A stretch of 62,965 nucleotides of DNA, filler included, from Reticulomyxa filosa (taxonomy: Eukaryota; Protista; Foraminifera), in NCBI GenBank assembly GCA_000512085.1. It is 24 parts of 24 records of this genome, joined end to end, with 100 filler letters (N's around TTAATTAATTAA, not from the genome) between each part and the next. Parts side by side here need not be neighbours in the genome. Positions count along the whole stretch, not along the records: positions 57,221 to 61,865 come from ASPP01006379.1; positions 61,966 to 62,965 come from ASPP01041852.1; 22 more parts are not named here. One strand, written 5' to 3'. Shown here piece after piece: positions 57,998 to 62,965 of this stretch (position 1 is the stretch's first letter; each line of letters starts with the position of its first letter). A program made the translations under genes and the position numbers. A model generated the notes under the pieces. The model was given only the letters and a program-made list of their open reading frames with translations. It did no database searches and was not told the DNA's origin.

Positions 57998-60899
57998 ATT
58001 GTACTGCGTTATTATGTCCGATTTTAGGAGGAAAACAACAAAGTCCAATGGATGTTTAGTTTTTTTTGTTGTTGTTGTTTTTTTTTTTTTTTTTGAGAAC
58101 TGTAGAAATATTTTCTTGCTGGTACTTGTCGTCTTGTTTGTTTTTATTCTTCTTTTTCTCGTTTGAAAGTTTAAATCTTTTTTTTTTTCTTGTTTTTTTC
58201 CCCCTATTTTGGTGTTCTTCCTTACAAAAAGAGTAACCTACTGTTCTTTAGGTGGATAATAGAACATTATGTCAATGCGCTGCTTTGAGTTGGACAAACT
58301 GCATATATGAAAGTAGCGCCTAGTCGTTTGTGGTGTGCAACTTATTGATTTTGTTGTTTATATCTCTTATTGGATAACATGATTCTGTTCTCTTGCATCT
58401 CTTCCACTAGTTGCAAACGAATGATACATGAAATATACAAAAAAGTAAAAAATATTAATTAGATTATTGGAGATACTATCAATGAAAAAGACTTGGAAGT
58501 AAAAAGACCGGAAAACACTGAACATGCAATAAACATAGTTTTTATTTGTTTATTATCATATTGTCAATTAATTCAACAAAATTGGCAACACAAAGATATG
58601 GGAACAGAGAAATTTAGTGTTGGTGTTGATTTAGACTATAATCACTGGCCTCTATGCTGAACAACACCTTTCTTTTGCTTTTTTTTCAATCTATGTTATA
58701 ATTCAAAGTCTAACTCACTTTTCAAAACAAACTTATTCAACTATATCTTCTTTTTAATACGCTTGACTTATCCATATCTTAATATGTTTTTCTCTTTCAT
58801 GAATACTAACAAATACATTCACTAAGAGGGAATCTTCGATCTTAAAAATCAATGTAGTTAATAAAACGGAATATAGAAAATGTATGCACATTATTTGAAA
58901 CAAACAAATAGATTGATGTTTATGCTAGTACATTCAACTTTGCTTTATTTTACGAGAAAGAAAGCTATTTAGTTGATTTGTTCAAGTAAAAAACGAATAA
59001 TCAAATAATTTTTAATTTTTTTTTTAACGACTTTTCGCAACTTAATTGCACAACGTCAAATAATGGAAAATATAAGATGTCATTCTAAGTATTGATGCGC
59101 TGTGTAATCCAATTTTCTGGCTGCTATAGTCGCAAAAAACTTATACACAAGCCAATGCTGCAATATGGTGCCGACGGAGACTATTTACATAAATATTTGT
59201 ATTTAAGACAAAGCTTAAGAATCAAAAATAATGTAAATACAAAAAAATTAACTTACTTAATATTGTTTAACAATGTTTAAATACTAACTTTTTAATGACT
59301 ACTGTAATTGTTTTAATTTTAGTTTTTTAGTTATATTGCAATATGCAGGTACATCATAGTGGTAGTAATAAAAAGGATTAACAAAATTTTATAGCCTAAT
59401 GTTTAATTGACATTAATTCCTTTTCGAATCACCAAGTTCAGTGTGATAGAATATCGTCTGGATCAATATCAAAAAGTTCATCTTGTTCTAATGCTTCATT
59501 ATCAATATTGTTCATTATTGCTTTGATAAATGATTTGCATTAAATTTAGTATTGCTTCTTCACTATTAGTTGAGATAATGCCCAAGTGTTGGACAAAGCT
59601 TCTTTTTATTGGAATGAAAGTTTTTCTAATATAAGCTATAGCAAAATTTTGAATATTCTTTGTCAAATATTCCAATTGAAGCAGATAGCTTTGCATTTGG
59701 TTCAGTATTGTATTGTTTTCTTTATCAATTTGTCTTTATCTTTTTCATATTTTTCAATAAGAGATTCAATTTTGAATCAATTCACATTATAACTTCATAT
59801 GTAACTTTCATCATTGTGAATATATTCTTAATCAAGTTCAATATGTATATTGTCACTTGGTGAATCTACTTGTTGTATTTAAATCAAATTTCATTTTTTT
59901 TATTTTTCAAGCTTGTATAATGTAAATTAGACTTTATATATAACAACATTTTTTTATACATTTGAGTTTCGAAAAACGGATTACAAAATCACTAATTAAT
60001 TTACAATACTTCTGATCGAAGAATTTTAAAAATGTTGTTTAATTTTGTAATATATTTTGTATCACTTGCTTAGATATATAAATTTTTTTATCTTCAAAAT
60101 AATATTAATGTGCTTGATTTAATACATTTCAGTTTATTAAACATGATAATTTACCAACTTATAATTTAATTTCAGCCAGTGTGTTGCATTATAAAAGCAT
60201 GGCAATGATTCGTCACTCATTTTCATGATTTTTTTATTTCATTCAATTTTAGTTCAAACAAACAAAAAAAGGGAGATAATGTAAGTTTTTCAAGGAAATT
60301 GCAAAAATACGCCAAAAGTTTCAACAGTGGAATGCACGAATTATGAAAAGAAACAGAAGAATAACAAACAAATAGAAAACAGAAGATTATATGGTTCATT
60401 TGTTAACTATTAGTGTTTACTTTTATTTTTTTTATTTTTTTGATGAAAAAGAAACGTTCTTTAATGGAAAAAATATCTAGTTTTTATCTCAATCTCTGTT
60501 ATTTAAATGATTTTTCTAAACAAAAACTACAAAATGATGCGATATTTTTAATTGGTGAACAAAGTATTTCTTCATTTTTTCCAAAAGTCTTAATAATTGA
60601 TTTTGCATTTTTAATGTAAAACTAAAAAAATTTGATTTTTTATTTATTCTATTTCGTTGTTGCTTTGTTTGTGAAATTAAAAAATAACGACATGAAAAGT
60701 TTAACAAAACGAGTTCCCAAGGTTCTATTGGAAAATTGTTCGTTTTGCCTTACGAATTGACTGTATTTTGAAAACATCAACATAGATAATTGGGACATCA
60801 GTTTTTCTTCACAACTTTTGAAATGTCATACTTAGTCATCCAGCAATAAAATAAAATTTTCTTTTTTGTTTTCAAAATACGTTTTCATCCAAATAATCT

Positions 60900-61865
60900 T
60901 TATTTAAACAAACTACTTAATTTCAGCATTACTTCTTGTGTCTTTTGATGATTTTCACCAAATTTTTGAGTATAAATCGACAATGCAGTTTCATAACACT
61001 TCTTTGCGTCTATTTTGCCACCATTTTTACAATTGATATCTCCTAAAATATTATATGAGTTACCAACATCTGGATGATTATAATCCAATTTCTTCAATAT
61101 CAAATTTAATTCTTTCTTTCCAAATTCAATTGCCTTGTCATATTCTTGTTTATAATAATAAATTAATGCCAAATTTTTGTATGAAGCAGCAACACAAATG
61201 TGATCAGATCCCAATTTATCCAATCTAATTTTTAATGATTTATTACAGTATTCAATTGCATTGTCGAATTTTCCTTTCTTTCCATAAACACTTCCCAAAT
61301 TGTTGTATGAAATAGCAATATCAGGATGATCACATCCAAATTTACTCAATTTGATTTTCAATGATTTTTTATGATATTCAATTGCTCTATCATATTCCCC
61401 TTTATTTTCATAAACAAGTCCCAAATTGTTGTATGGAATAGCAACACTAATGTGATCATGCCCCAATTTATCTAATTTGATTTTTAATGATTTTTCATGA
61501 TATTCAATTGCTCTATCATATTCCCCTTTATTTTCATAAGCATTTCCTAAACTGTTGTATGAAGCAGAAATATCAATATGATAATATCCCAATTTATGCA
61601 AACTAATTTTCAAATCTTTTTCATAATATTCAATTGCTTTGTCATATTCTCCTTTATCTTTATATGCTCTGCCTAACCAAAAATAAGATACTGCAACAAC
61701 ATTATGATAATCATATAATGTTTGTAAGTTAAAGCAAAGTGCAAAACGAAATAATTGAATTGCCTCATTCACTTTTGAGATATCTAATGAATTTTTTCCC
61801 AATTCCATTAAATTTTCTATGTCAATAGGCCAAGGACAAGTAAAAACATGAGAACGGAAGTGACA
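60900..61865 (-). CDS. TPR protein with six 42-aa repeats, paralog of 23033-24867 (5' partial)
   Basis: Same HFRSHVFTCPWPI leader, same first and last cap repeats and same 3' flank as the 23033 gene. Confidence 0.93.
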   Translation of the reverse strand, partial: CHFRSHVFTCPWPIDIENLMELGKNSLDISKVNEAIQLFRFALCFNLQTLYDYHNVVAVSYFWLGRAYKDKGEYDKAIEYYEKDLKISLHKLGYYHIDISASYNSLGNAYENKGEYDRAIEYHEKSLKIKLDKLGHDHISVAIPYNNLGLVYENKGEYDRAIEYHKKSLKIKLSKFGCDHPDIAISYNNLGSVYGKKGKFDNAIEYCNKSLKIRLDKLGSDHICVAASYKNLALIYYYKQEYDKAIEFGKKELNLILKKLDYNHPDVGNSYNILGDINCKNGGKIDAKKCYETALSIYTQKFGENHQKTQEVMLKLSSLFK

Positions 61866-61965
61866 NNNNNNNNNNNNNNNNNNNNNNNNNNNNNNNNNNN
61901 NNNNNNNNNTTAATTAATTAANNNNNNNNNNNNNNNNNNNNNNNNNNNNNNNNNNNNNNNNNNNN

Positions 61966-62965
61966 CTTCTACTTCTACTTCTACTTCTACTTCTACTTCT
62001 GCTTCTGCTTCCAAAGGAACTAGCAACGCTACTAGTGCTAATGCAAATTCCAATATCAATGCTGGTGAGGCCAACAACGAACCCTCCAAAAAAAAACCCC
62101 ACAAAAACTCGGATGACAACCCCGATGCCGCCTTCGAAGCGAGGCTGGAAGAAGACATCATCGCCGAGTCGCCTAACATCTCATTCGCCGACGTTCTGGG
62201 ATTGAACAGCGTCAAACTGGCCCTGTACGAAACCGTCATTCTTCCCGCGTTAAAGCCGCAATTGTTTACAGGTCTACGAGAGCCTGGCATGGGTTAGTAG
62301 TTTTTGATTTTATATATACATATATACATATATACATATATATTTATATTTATATATTATATATACATATATATAATATATAAATATAAATATATATGTA
62401 TATTAAGGCATATTATTATTTGGTCCTCCTGGCAATGGCAAAACAATGATCGCGAAATGTGTGGCGTCCTCTTGCAAGTGCACCTTCTTCAGTATAAGCG
62501 CATCCTCGATAACCAGCAAGTTTATCGGAGAGGCGGAACGTTTGATGCGGACATTGTTTCGAATGGCTCGAGAAAAGGCGCCGTCCATCATCTTCATCGA
62601 CGAAATCGACTCGCTGCTGACTGCGCGAGGTGGCAAGTCCGAAGCAGAGTCCTCGCGACGTATAAAAACCGAGTTCCTCGTCCAATTCGATGGCGTTGGC
62701 GCGTCCACCCAATCCAACCAAGAAAAGCAAGTGCTCATCATTGGCGCAACCAATTTGCCTGAGGAATTGGACGACGCCGTACTACGACGCTTCAGCAAAC
62801 GCATTCTAGTCCCGCAACCCGACTTTGACGCACGCTATGGCTTGCTACGCAATCTCATGCAACATCAAAAGAACAGCTTGACGCAGGAAGAGTTCCTCCT
62901 CGTCGCCAAAAAAACCGATCGCTACAGCTGCAGTGACATCAAAAACTTGTGCAAGGACGCCGCCA
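61966..62965 (+). CDS. Spastin/fidgetin-like microtubule-severing AAA ATPase (partial at both ends)
   Basis: VILPALKPQLFTGLR, GILLFGPPGNGKTM, IFIDEIDSLL, SRRIKTEFLVQFDG and GATNLPEELDDAVLRRFSKRI; intron 62293-62407. The sense frame is absent from the ORF track. Confidence 0.92.

Noticed and set aside
59400-59880. Coding-like decayed sequence on the minus strand
   Set aside because: Multiple stops and no recognisable family motif.
4551-61965. Recurring TTAATTAATTAA palindrome as a CRISPR-like or biological repeat
   Set aside because: Always centred in 44+44 Ns; it is an artificial six-frame-stop contig linker.
62304-62804. ORF-track proteins 62304-62762 (+), 62403-62804 (-) and 62416-62730 (-)
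   Set aside because: Off-frame or antisense shadows of the spastin-like exon.

Overview
This is not one locus. It is 24 short AT-rich eukaryotic contigs joined by 23 artificial 100-bp spacers (N44-TTAATTAATTAA-N44), so adjacency means something only within a contig. Genes carry short spliceosomal introns and use the standard code. The expanded WD40, 42-aa TPR and TRAF-like families, plus many pseudogenes, suggest a foraminiferan such as Reticulomyxa filosa (inference). Recognisable genes: TM9SF/nonaspanin, an NDR-family kinase, a truncated SLU7, a nicotinamide riboside kinase with a CaaX-like tail, a VTT/TVP38 membrane protein, a spastin-like AAA ATPase, five WD40 fragments, three TPR-family paralogs, an RNF213-like AAA pseudogene and LINE relics. 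Two spliced genes that the ORF track shows only in pieces stand out. (1) 47783-50807 encodes a RelA/SpoT-like synthetase domain, a SAM domain and Gly-rich beta-propeller repeats, and lies head-to-head with a TRAF-like RING gene; it is a candidate nucleotide-messenger receptor. (2) 54839-55876 is an in-frame fusion of DUF4326 with the Tpt1/KptA RNA 2'-phosphotransferase. All domain calls and exon joins were made by eye; no database searches were run.
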